Positions 26,816 through 42,098 of a stretch of 64,000 nucleotides of DNA are shown here, piece by piece. The stretch comes from Eledone cirrhosa (lineage: Eukaryota): assembly GCA_964016885.1 (NCBI GenBank), contig OZ024747.1, positions 90,520,001-90,584,000 on the forward strand, in the 5' to 3' direction. Made by a program: the position numbers and the translations under genes. The notes below the pieces were generated by a model. The model was not told the origin of the DNA, made no database searches, and saw only the letters and a list, made by a program, of their open reading frames with translations. Positions within the stretch are counted from its first letter, which is position 1; every line of letters starts with the position of its first letter.

Positions 26816-27068
26816 TTAGGGACCTCCATATTGAGAAGACTATAACTAAATAGCGTTTAGAGTCCCAGTGGATATTATTTGAATTTATTGACAAAATGTA
26901 TTGATATTATTTTCCCATGTCCCACCCATCCTTTTAGCAATAACAAATACTATTAACATTTTATTATGAAAATATCTAATGTAGAAGCCAGATTATGAGC
27001 AGAATTATTCAATGATCTTCTCACCATTGAGATTATGTCATCATTAGAAATGTATATGTCATTATACA

Positions 27069-27140
<72 letters not shown>

Positions 27141-27245
27141 GTGTACATACATACAGAGATATAATTATATGCTTATGTATTTGTAGCAAGACATATCTAT
27201 ATATACATATACACACATATATATATATATATATATGTGTATGTG

Positions 27246-27286
<41 letters not shown>

Positions 27287-27572
27287 TTATTTATATGCTT
27301 AAAGATTAATTTAGTTGCAAGAATAGCTTTTTGTTAACTCATATCTGGCGAAAGCTGTAAATGTCAAAGTTTATTAATGAATGTTACAAAGATTTCTTGT
27401 TTATCAGAAGAAGGCAAAAATAAAAATGCCTAAACTCACTGATATAAAAATTTTCAGCCCCACCTGTAACCTTCTTCAGAGAGTTTTCAAAAGAATGCCC
27501 TGTTAGTTTTAGGATAATAGGCCATACACACACACACATTTATATATTTATATAAATATATGTTTGTGTGCG

Positions 27573-27651
<79 letters not shown>

Positions 27652-27730
27652 CATCAAGTTTGAAATATGTAGAAATTTGTTTTTTTTCTGCAAATTTCTA
27701 CAAATTTCATACTTGACGACCTCATATATC

Positions 27731-27779
<49 letters not shown>

Positions 27780-27916
27780 CTAAGTTAAACCGTGAAGAAT
27801 CTTAATTGTTAAACAAAACATGAATGTAATCATAATGATTATGAAATAGAACTATGAAAGTGTGTATCTAATGATACACACTTTTGGAAGTGATATCTTA
27901 CAACAATTATTCTTAT

Positions 27917-27964
<48 letters not shown>

Positions 27965-28444
27965 TAATATACATATATATATATATGTATGTATACATGT
28001 ATGTGTGTTCGTGTGTGTATAGATATGTTTTTATAATTTAGTGTATCAAGTGGATGCAAATTTAATGACCTAATAGAAAATATGTATATCAGGATATTCT
28101 TTCTTTTTTTGCGAGGAGGTGGGAGGTTGTATCCTTTATGTTATTGCAGTTTTGTAATCCGCACATAGTTTAAAAATAAAAACATGTATTACTCTTTTGA
28201 TAATCAATTATTCAACATGAAATATAAAATTAATTTAATCTTATATTTATGCAAACATAAATTACATGCATTGTATGTGTGTGTATATAGACGTTCACAT
28301 GTATGTATCTACCTATATTCTTGAAGAGGGTGGATTTAAAAAAATTAATAATCCAATGAAAATGAGGAAGGTCCTCATGATAGAATTTGGAGATTTATGT
28401 GAGGTTAGCATGGTTAATGTTTTTTTTTTTAACTGTTGTGCATC

Positions 28445-28612
28445 ATATACATACACAATATATATATATATATATATATATACACATGTATATATATATA
28501 CACATGTATATATATATATATATACACATGTATATATATATATATATACATGTATATATATATATATATATATACATGTATATGTGTGTATATATATATA
28601 TATGTATATATA

Positions 28613-28646
<34 letters not shown>

Positions 28647-28710
28647 CTTATATATATATATATTTATATATATATATAAATATATATATATTTATATATA
28701 TATACTTATG

Positions 28711-28778
<68 letters not shown>

Positions 28779-28884
28779 CTTGTATATATATATATTTATA
28801 TATATATGTTTGTCCATATATACTCATATATATATGTGTGTATATATATATATGTGTGTTTGTACATATATACTCATAAATATA

Positions 28885-28930
<46 letters not shown>
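28445..28930. repeat. Interrupted (TA)n microsatellite
   Basis: Directly visible. Confidence 0.95.
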
Positions 28931-28932
<2 letters not shown>

Positions 28933-29656
28933 CTTCAAATATTGTTAAAACAAGATATATAACAAAACAATGACATGTCACATGACATACATTTAATATC
29001 AACTTGTTTCCAGTGTAACATTAGTAGCAACTCATCTTTTTGTTACTGCCTGGAATAATATTCAAACTACAATATATTTAAACTTAAAATTGTTACCATT
29101 TCTCAATAAAAATAGAAAACATAAATAAATGAGGATTTGGAAATTTGCAAAAGAAAAAAAAAAATTCAGTCTGCCAAAGTAACCTTTATTATTATTGTTA
29201 ATTTTTTTTTTCCTTTTTATTTATTAACACAAAGGAAAGAAGATGAAAATCAAATTTTCAGATAATACTTGATGGATATCAAACGATAACTGTTCGAAGT
29301 GTTGTTGTCAGATATAATATAAAAAGAAACCAGTCTTAAATGATTTTCTCATGAGAACAAAGGAGACTGTCCCTGCTTTGGAGAGAAATGTTTGTTGAAT
29401 GTAAGCACAGGAAAAAAAATTGGTTTTGAAAAAAAAAATAATAATTTAGAAAACCCTGTTATAATATGGTATTTGGTGCTGGTGATGTTGATTATTTTTC
29501 TTTCCTTTTTTTTCATTTGAATTAATGAGAAGGAAAAAATATAATGAGTTAGTAAATTGTTTCCCTGCTTTTAAAATAATTTGAAGACAATTCTTGGTAT
29601 TATTCCACAAAGGATTTCCCTGCATTTTGTTCTTAGGAATAATAATATTGATAATG

Positions 29657-29704
<48 letters not shown>

Positions 29705-29764
29705 GTAATAATAAAATAATAATAATATTATGATTAAAATAGTAAATAGTAATAATAATAATGA

Positions 29765-29920
29765 TTTCTTTTCACTATGCATGAGGCTTGACTTTTAAAA
29801 GGAAGAAATATAATCGATATAATTGTCCTCAATAAGTTAATGCTACTTATTTTATCGATCCCAAAGGGATGAAAGGCAAAGTAGACCAAGCGGATTCTGG
29901 ATTCAGAAAGTAAAGGTACC
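29765..29920 (-). mobile_element. Degenerate SINE family 1
   Basis: tacttattttatcgatcccaaagggatgaaaggcaaagt. Confidence 0.7.
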
Positions 29921-29986
29921 AAATTAAATATCTTATTTAATGGATATCATCTGGCTCTTTAAAATCTGCATTATCTATACCGCCAC

Positions 29987-30044
<58 letters not shown>

Positions 30045-30414
30045 ATAGTATCAATAATATAAATAATAATAATAATTATCATTATGACAGTATATATATG
30101 ATATCAATAAATATTAATAGAATATACTAAGTTGAAAATTGTTTACCCAAAATTCCTGTTTAGTATTTGAAATAATAATAAAATTCCCTGCTTCAACAAT
30201 GATTATAATTTCTGGATTGAATGATTGAATGATTGTATGTATGTGTATGTATGTGTATGTATGTATGCATGTGTGTGTAATACCACCAACACATTACTAA
30301 TAGCAGGTTACACACTCTTTATTATTTGTCATTTCCTGTTTATGTATGATTTTGAATATTTATTTTATTCTTTAGATTCTTTGTCTTTTACTGAGGGTTA
30401 AATAAAAAAAAAAC

Positions 30415-30770
<356 letters not shown>

Positions 30771-31394
30771 CCATGTTTAAATGAGTTTCGACATATTCAT
30801 TTGAGGAGAACAAACCATTTTTAAAATCTTGCATCACAATCGTAGTTAGAAATCAGAAAAGAAACAGTAATTAGGGTTATACCAACTTAACAGGAATTTA
30901 AATAAGGTTAAGTTTTCACTTCCTTGGCAACACCATTCATTGGGCTTTGATATATAATGCCACCATTCAAGGAATTTCTCTCACATAGTAATACTTTCTG
31001 TTGAATATGCCTCACAAAATGACACCATTTGTTGGAAAGGTTCACACATACATAGAGTGAACTGCTCCCACTAAGTTTTGTCCATGTAATGACATCACTC
31101 ATAGTGGTCTACTCTAACAGAAGAATCCTTCACCAAAGTACCCTCATGCAGAAATATCACTCACCAAGGCTCACTTTATGCAGTGGCACTTACTCAGGTG
31201 GTGAATCACAATATAAAATAGATTTTCCTCTCTGTTAATATTTTCACTAAGTAAACAGTTGTTTAACATTGTCCCAGAAAAAAAAATATACAAGTCAATG
31301 CCTTTTATTTTATTCATTTTACAAAAGTAAGGAATATTTCCTTTCCATATATATTATCGCTTTTTTGTTTTTCTTTGATATAAGACAGTATATT

Positions 31395-31395
<1 letters not shown>

Positions 31396-31462
<67 letters not shown>
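31396..31462. repeat. (GA)n microsatellite
   Basis: Directly visible. Confidence 0.97.
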
Positions 31463-31469
<7 letters not shown>

Positions 31470-34400
31470 TAAGAGAGGGAGAGAGAAATATAGAGAAAGA
31501 GAAAGGTGGATGCAAACATAAATTTTATGTTACAATTTAAAATATCAAATTTTCTTCCATACATATTTCTTGTTATTTCAGCATATGAAAGAACTAAAGA
31601 ACAGAATTGGTTTTAAAACATGGTATTACTTGACAAATATATAAGTTTATCAGACTTTGACCACACACTACTCTTTTTCCAAAAAATTAAGTACCAAAAG
31701 CAAACATGAAACTTTAAAAAATATCTTGAAACTTGAACATCTACTTAGTAGTCTTTTTGTAGCAGTCAAAATTTCTAATATTCGTAGGAAATAAACTTTT
31801 GAATTAAACAAACAACAGTTTAAAATTTGGTTTTAATTTGGTATTATTTAAAGTGTAATTTGTAGGAAAATAGTAATGGAATAAATAATGGATCATCTTA
31901 AACATAAATCTTAAAGAAATAATGTCATCTTTAAGATATATAATTACTTGAAAATATGTTTTTTTTTTTTAATGATATTGTTATTATATAAAGCAAGTTT
32001 TTTTTAAAATATAAAGTAGGTTTTGCACCAAGAGTTTCAATATCATTTAAATGCCAGAATCTGTATTTAATTTCAATGAACATTTCTAAATTCATTTGCA
32101 TATATTTTTATGACAGAAGCTTCACAAACATTATATATCTAAATGCTAACAACATTCATATTTTTACATAGATTTATAACAATTATGCATGTGACTATTG
32201 AGTTCTTCTGGTTGCAAGTGTTTGGGTTTATGTTTCATAACCATATCATAATTTCACTTTATATAGGTGTGTTCAATGAAGAGGGCATACGTGTAAGGAA
32301 ATATAAAGTAATACAATGAATTGGATGAATGTTTTAATATAACTAAACTGCTACAGCAAACTGTGGTGCTATCAACAGTTCTTATAGATGCTGCAAGATT
32401 GTCTGATTTACAACACAAAATCATAACAGGCTTAGAACTTTGATAAAACAGAAATAAAACATGTAAAACAATATTAACAGGACTGTCACAGACCAAAACA
32501 TTAAAATAAATGAGAAAGGGTTAAAATGAGTATCTAGGGTGGCTGGAAATGAGTTGCATAGTGAAATTAGAAGTAAAAGTATACTAGCTAAAAAAATCGA
32601 TGTAACAAAAGTTATTTTCAGTATGGAATGACAGAGAAAAAAATATTTGACCAAGTAAAGGCTACTTAATGTATTTGGACAGCTCATGCTTTTGTTTTCT
32701 CTTTTTTTCTGGTAGTATTCTAACTATATGAAAACAAAATGTAAAAAAAGTGAAATGACATGCTCACTTCTTTACTTACACAGGTCACATTTATACACTC
32801 AATACATAGGAACAGAAACTCATTTTTATCTTTACAAAATATATAATTTGATTAAGTATAATTTATGTCTATATTATGATGGAATTTTCTTACCCAGAAT
32901 ATTAGCTGTTTTTCAGTCTTTTATGAGAGTTTAGTCATTTGATAAATTAATTACAAGTCATTTCAAAATATATAATTTTAATATATTTTAAGCCAATTTT
33001 TCTAAGAGTTAGGGATATTATTAATTTGATATATTATCTGATCAATACTGAAAATATCTGATGTGGATGAATTTTAATACATAAAGACAAAGGAGTGAAG
33101 CCAGTACAATAAAGTATCTACTGCAGTTGTTTATATACATTAATAAATGAGTTAGTAAAGATGTTTAATAACTGAGTGTTAATTAAACATGTGGTTTAAA
33201 TACCAACCATTTCTGTAGCAGTTATCAGAATACTATAATTATTTTCAAATCTTCAAATCTATGATAAAACACTGTGGTTTAAGTTGATTTATTAGCTTAT
33301 TGAATATTACTGATATAATACTGCTACAGTATTACCATATAAGGATATGTAATATAAGGGATATTTGAATAAAAATATATATTCAAAGTTTGGCATTTCA
33401 CACTTAACATGTTTTCAATGAGAATATTGAACTTTCTAAGTTATTGAAATCAAATGATCTTATTACTGACCTCAATTTAATTAAAACTCGAAATACATCT
33501 ATACAAATATATTGCTTTTTCAAAATATTTTTGCAATCATGGAAGGGGATCAGTAAAGCTGGTCATAGTTACTAAGTCTCTACAGAATATGAAATATTTC
33601 TACTGCTTCTCACAACTGACCTATATAATTACAATTGGAAATATGATTTCTCAATGCTTACTATGTTGCAGTTCCTTCTATTATCTGACCATCATGAAAT
33701 ATGATTATTTTAGAACAGAGATTTGTGGAATGCTGGCTATAGCTTCTAAGCTCATTAGTAAAATTTCTAAACCAGACTTACATTCTTAATTATCCCTTCT
33801 TTCAATATGGCATTAACACTATTGCATATGTAACCTTAAGAGTAAGACAAATATATTCATTTGTTTGAGAAATGGAAGCATATTGAGTTTCAGGCATTGC
33901 AAAGTGATGCTAATATTGAGCATACCAAAATTTTGGCCTTATTTACATTTGAAGTCACTAACATTCAAATATGCCTCTGATTTTAACTGTAGATAATAGT
34001 TTAAAGAAATATGGATTCTGGCTCTACAAGGCTGACTTGTTCTTAATACACACAGAAAAGACAATCTGATACATTCCAAGATATTTCCATTTAATATTTG
34101 ACATCCAGGTTGTTTTATTTTCTGTGAGTTTGATGCCTGCCCAGGTGGCATAAGATAAAATATCAGAGGAAAGTTGATTTTATAGTTTTCTGAAAGTAAT
34201 TCTATGACAAAGTAACTTTAAATATCTCTAACCACCAAAAATAAACAAATTAATTTAATCACCCATGTACAGAATTAGGTTAATGTTTAGCATTTTATCC
34301 TTTTCAGACTTGGCAAATAAAGTACAAGGAAGAATTATGCAATAGCAACATAACACATTTATTTAGTTTGTTTATATGTGTAAATCTATATACACATTTA

Positions 34401-35433
34401 TGCAGTCTTGGTTACTTCTATTCTGTATATATATACAGAAATAACTTTATTTCACACACACATATATAATGCTTACTTGTGTGTTTATAAACTTAGTTAT
34501 ATATGTGCATGCTTACAGTTTATATATGTCTCTACAAACTTAAAGTTTTATAAATACCAGCCCACTCTGGATTATTTTGTAATACAAATGGCCAATTTTG
34601 TCACATTCAGCCTTCCTGATTTGGCCTGAGAATAGCATTAAGGGCGCATGTGCCTGTGGAATGCTCAGCCATTTACTCATTAATTTCACAAATATGAATT
34701 TAATTGATCAAATAACTGAGTATTTATTATTGAGACAAATGGGAGACCCATGACATATAAAGAGGAATCATTATCAAAATCTTTTAACAATATGATGTAT
34801 ATCATAATTATAACTATTTACAAAACCCTATAGAAATTAAAGAAAAAGAAAATAGAATATTTTAAGCTTTTGAAGAAGATCAGCATGTTTCATGGGTGTA
34901 AAGAGGTAAGTTATTCAACATCTTTATATTTTCAGGATAGATTTGTCTAAAATACTAAAGGACCAACAGACAATAAAAGCAAAACTATACTCCATTATTT
35001 AAAATCAGCTACTTAAAAACAACACAGCACTGTTTTCCAAAAGTCAATATATGTCGTTGTTATTTTTCAGTAAACTATATATTAGGTTTATCATGAATGT
35101 TCAATAATATATATTACAAGGAGAGTTTAAAAAAAAGGTTCTTTTGTCACAGAAACTTGGGTCATTTTAGTTAAAACAATATGTCCATATTTTGTATCCT
35201 TGTTATCATATGATAATCTATATAGTACATAACAGTTAGTATTACACCACGGTGCATCACACATACAATACTCCTTGTTTTAGTATGTTACACAGCTGTC
35301 TCAACAATGTTGTCACACATGCAGCACTCCAAAACCACAGTATTTTACAAAGTACTCACTACACTACATCATCATCATATGTATGATAATGTGATAATGA
35401 CAGAAGTAACTATACTTTGGCTTAATGTATACA

Positions 35434-35479
<46 letters not shown>

Positions 35480-35759
35480 CTAAGATAGCCTACTAACAAT
35501 ACATGCTTTCTCTCCTCATTAACTTTTTCCCCATTTTATTTTTTTTTCTGTCTCCCAAACATCCTCTTTTTTCTTTGCTATATTCTGATGAAAATTAGCA
35601 TCTAAAAGGTTAAAACCCCTTTCCAACTATATCAAGCATTTCGCTAATATACCATCATTGTATTGTATTGTTCTCCCCTGTCTTTTTCGTTGTTGACTTT
35701 TCTTATAAATGTGTGTATAAATGCGTAATATATATACACATAAGAATATATATATATAT

Positions 35760-35880
35760 AACAAAGGAATTATGGTACGGAACCAGATGGACCATAACGC
35801 ACCAGAGTACTCAATACTCTGTCCAGAAATAGCCGTCAAAACGGCTTGAGCTCTGCTGTCAGGGTCATACTTTTTCCTAT
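35760..35880. mobile_element. Family C element, internally deleted fold-back copy
   Basis: Left part matches 47578-47636; right part (ccagaaatagccgtcaaaacggcttgagctc...ttcctat) matches 47715-47771; embedded in (TA)n. Confidence 0.85.
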
Positions 35881-35881
35881 A

Positions 35882-35948
<67 letters not shown>

Positions 35949-37164
35949 GTATGTATTGAGTGCTCTACCCTGCATACTAAAGTGTCAGTAACTTACCAAC
36001 ACATACTCAAATTTATATATTATATATATACATGTACATATACATACATCACACCAGAGCCTCCATCTCTTTGATAACAATCATCAAAACTATACCATTT
36101 AGTTACACTGAAAGTAATATAAGCAATTGCTTTGCATACTGAATATACTTCAACATAAATATATTCTAGAAGATTTTTTCAAAGTTTATTTAGTGTAACA
36201 ATGTGTAACAGTTTCTTGTGAACATAGCATTCAAATAACCATTATTACTTTTATAGAACTACTCTGATGCCAAAGTGTATCCATGCATGTTAACAGTGAA
36301 GTGTAAGATAATAGTACTGTCATAAAGCTAAGAGAACAGTGCAATGCTAAGCAAATTTGCACTAGAAATCACAAGAAGCACTGAATAATGTTGATATAGA
36401 AGATGCTAAAGTGGCAAAATTTGTTCCAGGGATAGCAAATGTGGAATGATAGAAACTAGTAGAATATGTAATTTTATATATTTCACTGCACAATCATGCC
36501 TACTGAAATTGATTCCTTGTGTCAGGTAGCATTTGAGGTAGTGCGAAATATCGGCAATAAGTCAAAGAGTACATTCTCTTGTTGAATTTCCATTGATGAT
36601 ATTTACCTTTAAAAGATAATTCCCTGTATGATGTAACAATGCAGTATAATGAATAAATTTTGTATTAGAAAAACTGGCTGGGGTTAGAATATTGTAAAGA
36701 AGGGTTAGTTGAATAACAATATACTGAATGCTATTGTGTATCGAGTCCAGTTTTGGAGTCGATTGAAGTGAACAGGAAATACACTGCTGTTGAAATGTAG
36801 TTAAAACATACATTATTCAAAAATAAGTTTACCTTCAAGACTGATTTTATATCCTTGGAGCAAATATAAATGAATACCCTGCTAATATATCCAATACATA
36901 GAAAACAAAATGAGTTAAGGTTATAACTCAATGAAGCTAATAAGATGAATTTGGATAAATAAGTGGAAAGGTAATGTACTGAGTGTGATAAACAAAACAA
37001 ATCTTAATTAATTGAAATGACCCCTTAGTAGGAAAAAGAAGACAAAATCCTAGACAAAATTGTTAGAGACTCTTAAAGAGAAGGGAGATAATTTCAAGTA
37101 TATTTATATGCTTAAGGGAATGCTTGATGATTGTTTGCAGATAAAGATAGAAATTTTCGTTCCC

Positions 37165-37366
37165 TTAATCCTTTAGCATTTAAACTGGCTGTATCTGGCC
37201 AGAATTCTCTCACCTCTCTCTGTTCAAACCGGCCATAATCAGCAGCTCATATTTATGTTAGAGTATTGTTCTCAAAATAGATAATACCAAAATCTCATAG
37301 ATCCAATATTATGTGAGATGAAAATTCAATAGGAAATATAGAGTAATGTAAATGCTAGAGGGTTAA
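37165..37366. mobile_element. piggyBac-type MITE
   Basis: ttaa|tcctttagcattta ... taaatgctagaggg|ttaa. Confidence 0.88.
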
Positions 37367-37725
37367 AAATGCATTCCTTTACTAGTTCCATTTATTAGAT
37401 TGTGATCTTCATTGATAAATTTGACTTTATGAACTCCAGTACTTGACTGATGTTTGTGAAATTTATAAGAAATGAATGCAAGGTCTTCCTGGTTAGGATT
37501 TGAACTCAGAATATGGTGAGAAGTAACCAAATACCACAAGGTACTTTACCTGATTTTCTACCAATTCTCCCATATATCTTCATATTTGTTTGAAGAGTAA
37601 ACTAAGAACCTGTGGTGTTTATATCTTAATTATGACATTACAAATATTAGTAAAGTAAATCTAATATTAATTTGAAATTGATACATTATTCATTATGAGG
37701 ATGGTAATGATGACAATGATAATAA

Positions 37726-37934
37726 TGGTTTCTGATTTAGGAACAAAACCAACAGTTTCGGGGAGGGGAAAGTTGATTAAATTGACCCCAGTGTGTTACT
37801 GGCACTTTATTTTATCGACTCCGTAAGGATAAAAGGCAAAGCTAACCATTCCAGGATGTGAACTCAGAACACAAAGGGACATAGCTATATACCACAAAAT
37901 ATATTGCCCAATGCCCTACTGATACTCCCAATTC
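37726..37934 (-). mobile_element. SINE family 1
   Basis: Reverse complement of the family 1 pattern. Confidence 0.85.
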
Positions 37935-38149
37935 ACTGACCTCTGTTGACAATGATAATAATAATAACCACCATCCAATAAAATAACACTTCTCTGGTAT
38001 ACCTAACATTATAATACCAACTCACATAAATTACATACTTCATAGCTGTAATGTAATAATATGAAACAACCCCTATAGTACAAACTGTCAATAACAGCAC
38101 ATGAAACATAATTACCATCTAACAAAATAACACATCTTACATTGTACAT

Positions 38150-38440
38150 ATGAGTATTGGGCTTGAGAGTTTGATTCCCGGATTGGGCAGTGTGTTGTGT
38201 CGTTGAGCAAGACACTTTATTTCACATTTTTCTTGTTCACTCAGCTAGCAAAAATGAGTTGCAATATCACTGGTGCCAAGCTGTATTGGCCTTTGCCTTT
38301 CCCTTGGACAACATCGGTGTCATGGAGATGGGAGACCAGTATGCATGAGCAACTGCTGGACTTCCACAAACAAATCTACCTGGATTTGTGCCTCAGAGGA
38401 GAAACTTTCTAGGTGAAAATCTTATGGCTATTTGTGACCT
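38150..38440 (+). mobile_element. SINE with family 2 head and a different 3' body
   Basis: gagtttgattcccgga...gtcgttgagcaagacactttatttcac...cactcagctagcaaaaatgagt. Confidence 0.75.
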
Positions 38441-39055
38441 TAACTTTTATTTTACTTTATTCTACACAAAGAAGAGACAAAACACTATAGAAAAACACCA
38501 GAAATGACAAAGCAAATCCTACAACAAAACAAAACTGATGTATTTGAAAACCATGGGTCTTCATCCCTAAAACATAATACTGATCCCACACTTCAGCAAC
38601 ACAAATGTGTATCAGAAATTCACATGATTTTATGCCACTGAATGATTACTTGGCAAGTTGTACTACAAACACAAGTTTAAAGTGAATTACTTAAATAATA
38701 AAAAATATTATATAATTTAGTGCAAAGTTGTGTGGAAGTTAAATGACTTGCTTAAAGATTAAAGGCAATATTTACAGCAGGATATGCATTATCAACATAG
38801 ATGTTATAACTTTCAAATATTTATATCTTTTTATGAGGCTGAACATCAAGTTTAAAAGCATTAAAATGAAAATTGATCTTTGGAGCATTTGAACTCTTAA
38901 CACTTATTTATGATAATTAAAATTGGAAATTATATAGTCTCGTGCAGTATAGCTTCAGTCTAAACTCCAAATTATTATCTCTATAAGTAATAGGTTTTTC
39001 TCTCCTAGTGTTTACCCGTTTCAATGTAAAATCCTGTCATCAAATTGATATGATT

Positions 39056-39220
39056 GAGATGACACTCCAGCCAACACAGTATTCCATCTGACATTGGGTG
39101 TCTATTACCAGAGATGACACTCCAGCCAACACAGTATTCCATCTGACATTGGGTGTCTATTACCAGAGATGACACTCCAGCCAACACAGTATTCCATCTG
39201 ACATTGGGTGTCTATTACCA
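39056..39220. repeat. Perfect 55-bp tandem repeat x3
   Basis: gagatgacactccagccaacacagtattccatctgacattgggtgtctattacca three times, identical. Confidence 0.97.
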
Positions 39221-40299
39221 TTAGCCAGATTGTGACAAACCAGTTTTCCCAACGATGCTTCAGTTGATGTGTTGCCTCATGTGATATTCATGGCCTATCA
39301 CCATTAGCCATGTCTTAGAAGACCAGTTTCCCTTTCACAAGGAATCCAGTACTAGGAAGAGGAATCTGAATTCAGATTGCAAAGAACAACAACAAAGAAA
39401 TACCACATGGTATCTTGTTTGATTCTCTAGGAATTCAATAGTTCTGCCACCCTAGAATAGTTCTTAATCAAATACAAAAGTTGAACTCAGACATCAAATA
39501 TTACAAACATTCTATCCAACAAGCTAATGACACTGCCAGGTCACCTCTATTTCAATGAGTAATAGATTAATTATTCTAAGTTATTTTACTAAAACTATGT
39601 CACTGATTTAACTGTCTTATAGAATTTAGTGCAGTTGTTTTAATCTTTAGTACAGTTATTCCAATACAGAACCTTCTTCTTTGAATAGTTAAGGTTGAGG
39701 TAGTTCAGTTATGATTCTTCTTATGGTTTTATATTTTCAGCTCAGCTGATGGCATAACAAGAATTGAATGACCATCGCACACTGACTATATCAATACATA
39801 AACCTATAAATGAAATGATTTGTTCCCGACCACCACACACTGACTATACCAAGACATAAACTTATCAATTGTGAGTAAAAATGTTGCTATTTAATACCTT
39901 TATCAAGCAAATATTATAACCAACAGATCTTATAGAAAATTGGATAAGTTTCTAACAATTTTCTTTTTATTGGTGAAAGACAAGCAACCAAATTAAATAT
40001 CTCTATCTAATTATAAATATTAAAGGTTAGAGGACTGGTGCACATTAAATGAGCTGCTCTAAGTAGCACTTGTAATCAGTAGAAATAGACGGATTTGGAA
40101 ATTCTACATTAGTTGTTATACTTAATTATCTCTCAGAACAGAAAGATAGAGCTGATTTGGTCTAATTCCGTGGTTTCTACATTACAAATTAGTAATGGAA
40201 ACTGACTTATTGATACAGAATGAAAGGATCGTCTGTAACAACATGAATTACAGAAATAATAGAACCAAAATTATATAGAAAGGATCAAACATATACTTC

Positions 40300-40450
40300 T
40301 AACAGATGGAAGCAAGCAGATAAAATGTGGAAATGATTTACATTGACTACAGAAAAGCTTACAATTCAGCGGAATGCAGTATTCTTGGGAAATGGGAATT
40401 TTGTTGATATCTGTCAGAATATCATTAGATTCATCTAGAAATCTCTTTAT
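40300..40450 (+). mobile_element. Decayed LINE RT fragment (CR1/L2-like)
   Basis: Plus translation VEMIYIDYRKAYNSAECSILGK matches the RT motif VDxIYxDFxKAFDxVxHxxL. Confidence 0.65.
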
Positions 40451-41211
40451 TAGCATCAACATTGAACCTGAATAAAGTAAACATTTGCAAATATAAATTC
40501 CCAGTAAACTCACTGTTAGTCTTACTTTTCATAATAGGTTTATCTCAGAGAAAAATACATCCCAAAAATATGTAAATAAATTAATGACATGAGAATAATA
40601 TCTATTATGGAAAAGATCAAATGACTTGATGATGCTTATTTCAACAGTTATATGACTGCTTTCCTAATATGTTACTGTCCATGGTATTTCATAACATAGT
40701 ACTTCATAACATAAAACACCAGTCCAATTATCTTATGTAATTATCTAAATTTGCAGCATATTAAAACCTAAGGGACAGATCTATATGTAAAATGTGACCA
40801 ATTAAATATTTTGTTGAGTAAAATAAGCAGAATGCAAAAGAAATTCTATGACAGAAATAATAAAAATATAAAGAAATTAAAAGAAATTAAACTACCTTCA
40901 CTCAAGCTTAATAAATAAATTCACAAATAGAAAATTACATAGAAATCTGAATCGGTTGAATATAGAATCTAGATAGGTACAGATCTGAAGAATTGATATG
41001 CTAAGGTTTTTAAGATAGAGAAAAGACAAATTTAAAGTAGAAAACTACACACACATGATAGTTTTTTTAAACACGAATACATCAGAAAGCATACATACAT
41101 ATATATATATGTAATGTCTGACTGAATATGCATGTTTTTTTTTCTCCAATTTTTTCCTGGTTCCTTCTTCTCACTGTTTTCTTTCTATTGAATCTTCTAT
41201 TTCTAGCTCTA

Positions 41212-41247
41212 TCTTCTGATGACGGACTAGTGTCCGAAATGTTAGGA
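41212..41247 (+). ncRNA. Minimal hammerhead motif, family F (element ~41130-41340)
   Basis: ctgatga c ggac-tagt-gtcc gaaa tgtt; weak stem I tctt/agga; homolog at 53679. Confidence 0.6.
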
Positions 41248-41416
41248 CTCTCTTCTTGCTATTTCAAGTGTTTAACTAATATATTTCTTCAATGTACTGT
41301 GTCGTTTGCTTTGTTATTTCTGTTTACCTTGTAGACACCTATATATATATAATGGTACCATGTGTATCCCAGTTTTAGAATAAGTACACCATGTCCCTGC
41401 ATGGGTGGAAGAGTGG

Positions 41417-42025
41417 ACATAAAATGATGATGACAATGATATATATATGTGGAATTTTAAAACAGAGATACATCTAAATAACGTATATATGTCATGTTAT
41501 ATATACTGAAGGACCATCACCCTTAACTCACGGTTGGGTGTGGATGCATTCATGTATATGTGTGTGTCCGCATGTATCTGTGTGTTTCTAAATATATTGT
41601 TAATAACTCCCTCTGGTTGAGTAATCTTTGAAGTGTGGTGGCTGCTGGAAAGCTGCCATTACTCATACTTCTCGCCTCCTTCACCACCTCTTCTACGGCT
41701 TCGATATAAATACCCCCTCCGCCTCTGTGGTATTTTCTTCGGGGTTATAAGAGGCTTAGCTCTGTTTCTCGACCGTTATATCGCGTGACTATCTCCCCCT
41801 CCGCCTTTTGGGATTCTTTCTCACGTCGTGTAGACGCGTTCTTGAGACTAGTAAAATGAGGTATCCTCTTGATAAGTCGGCAGACCTCGCAGGGACTCTA
41901 TATCTTTATGATGTATTGTTTTTGTTTATGCCACGAAACTACGTAGTCGAGGAATCTAGGAGCAGTTTAGGTATGATACATTTTATTACTAATTATATCT
42001 AAATGTTTCTTCTCTCTTCATAATG

Positions 42026-42098
<73 letters not shown>

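Noticed and set aside
36607-36978. Two phase-compatible minus-strand exon candidates (36978-36833, 36786-36607)
   Set aside because: They would need a 46-nt intron, the peptide is unrecognisable, and the plus strand has a CR1-like YRVQFWS remnant.
40363-40467. Minus-strand exon candidate SMLMLIKRFLDESND with good splice sites
   Set aside because: Overlaps in antisense a recognisable LINE RT motif (IYIDYRKAYNS), so it is most likely a chance antisense frame.
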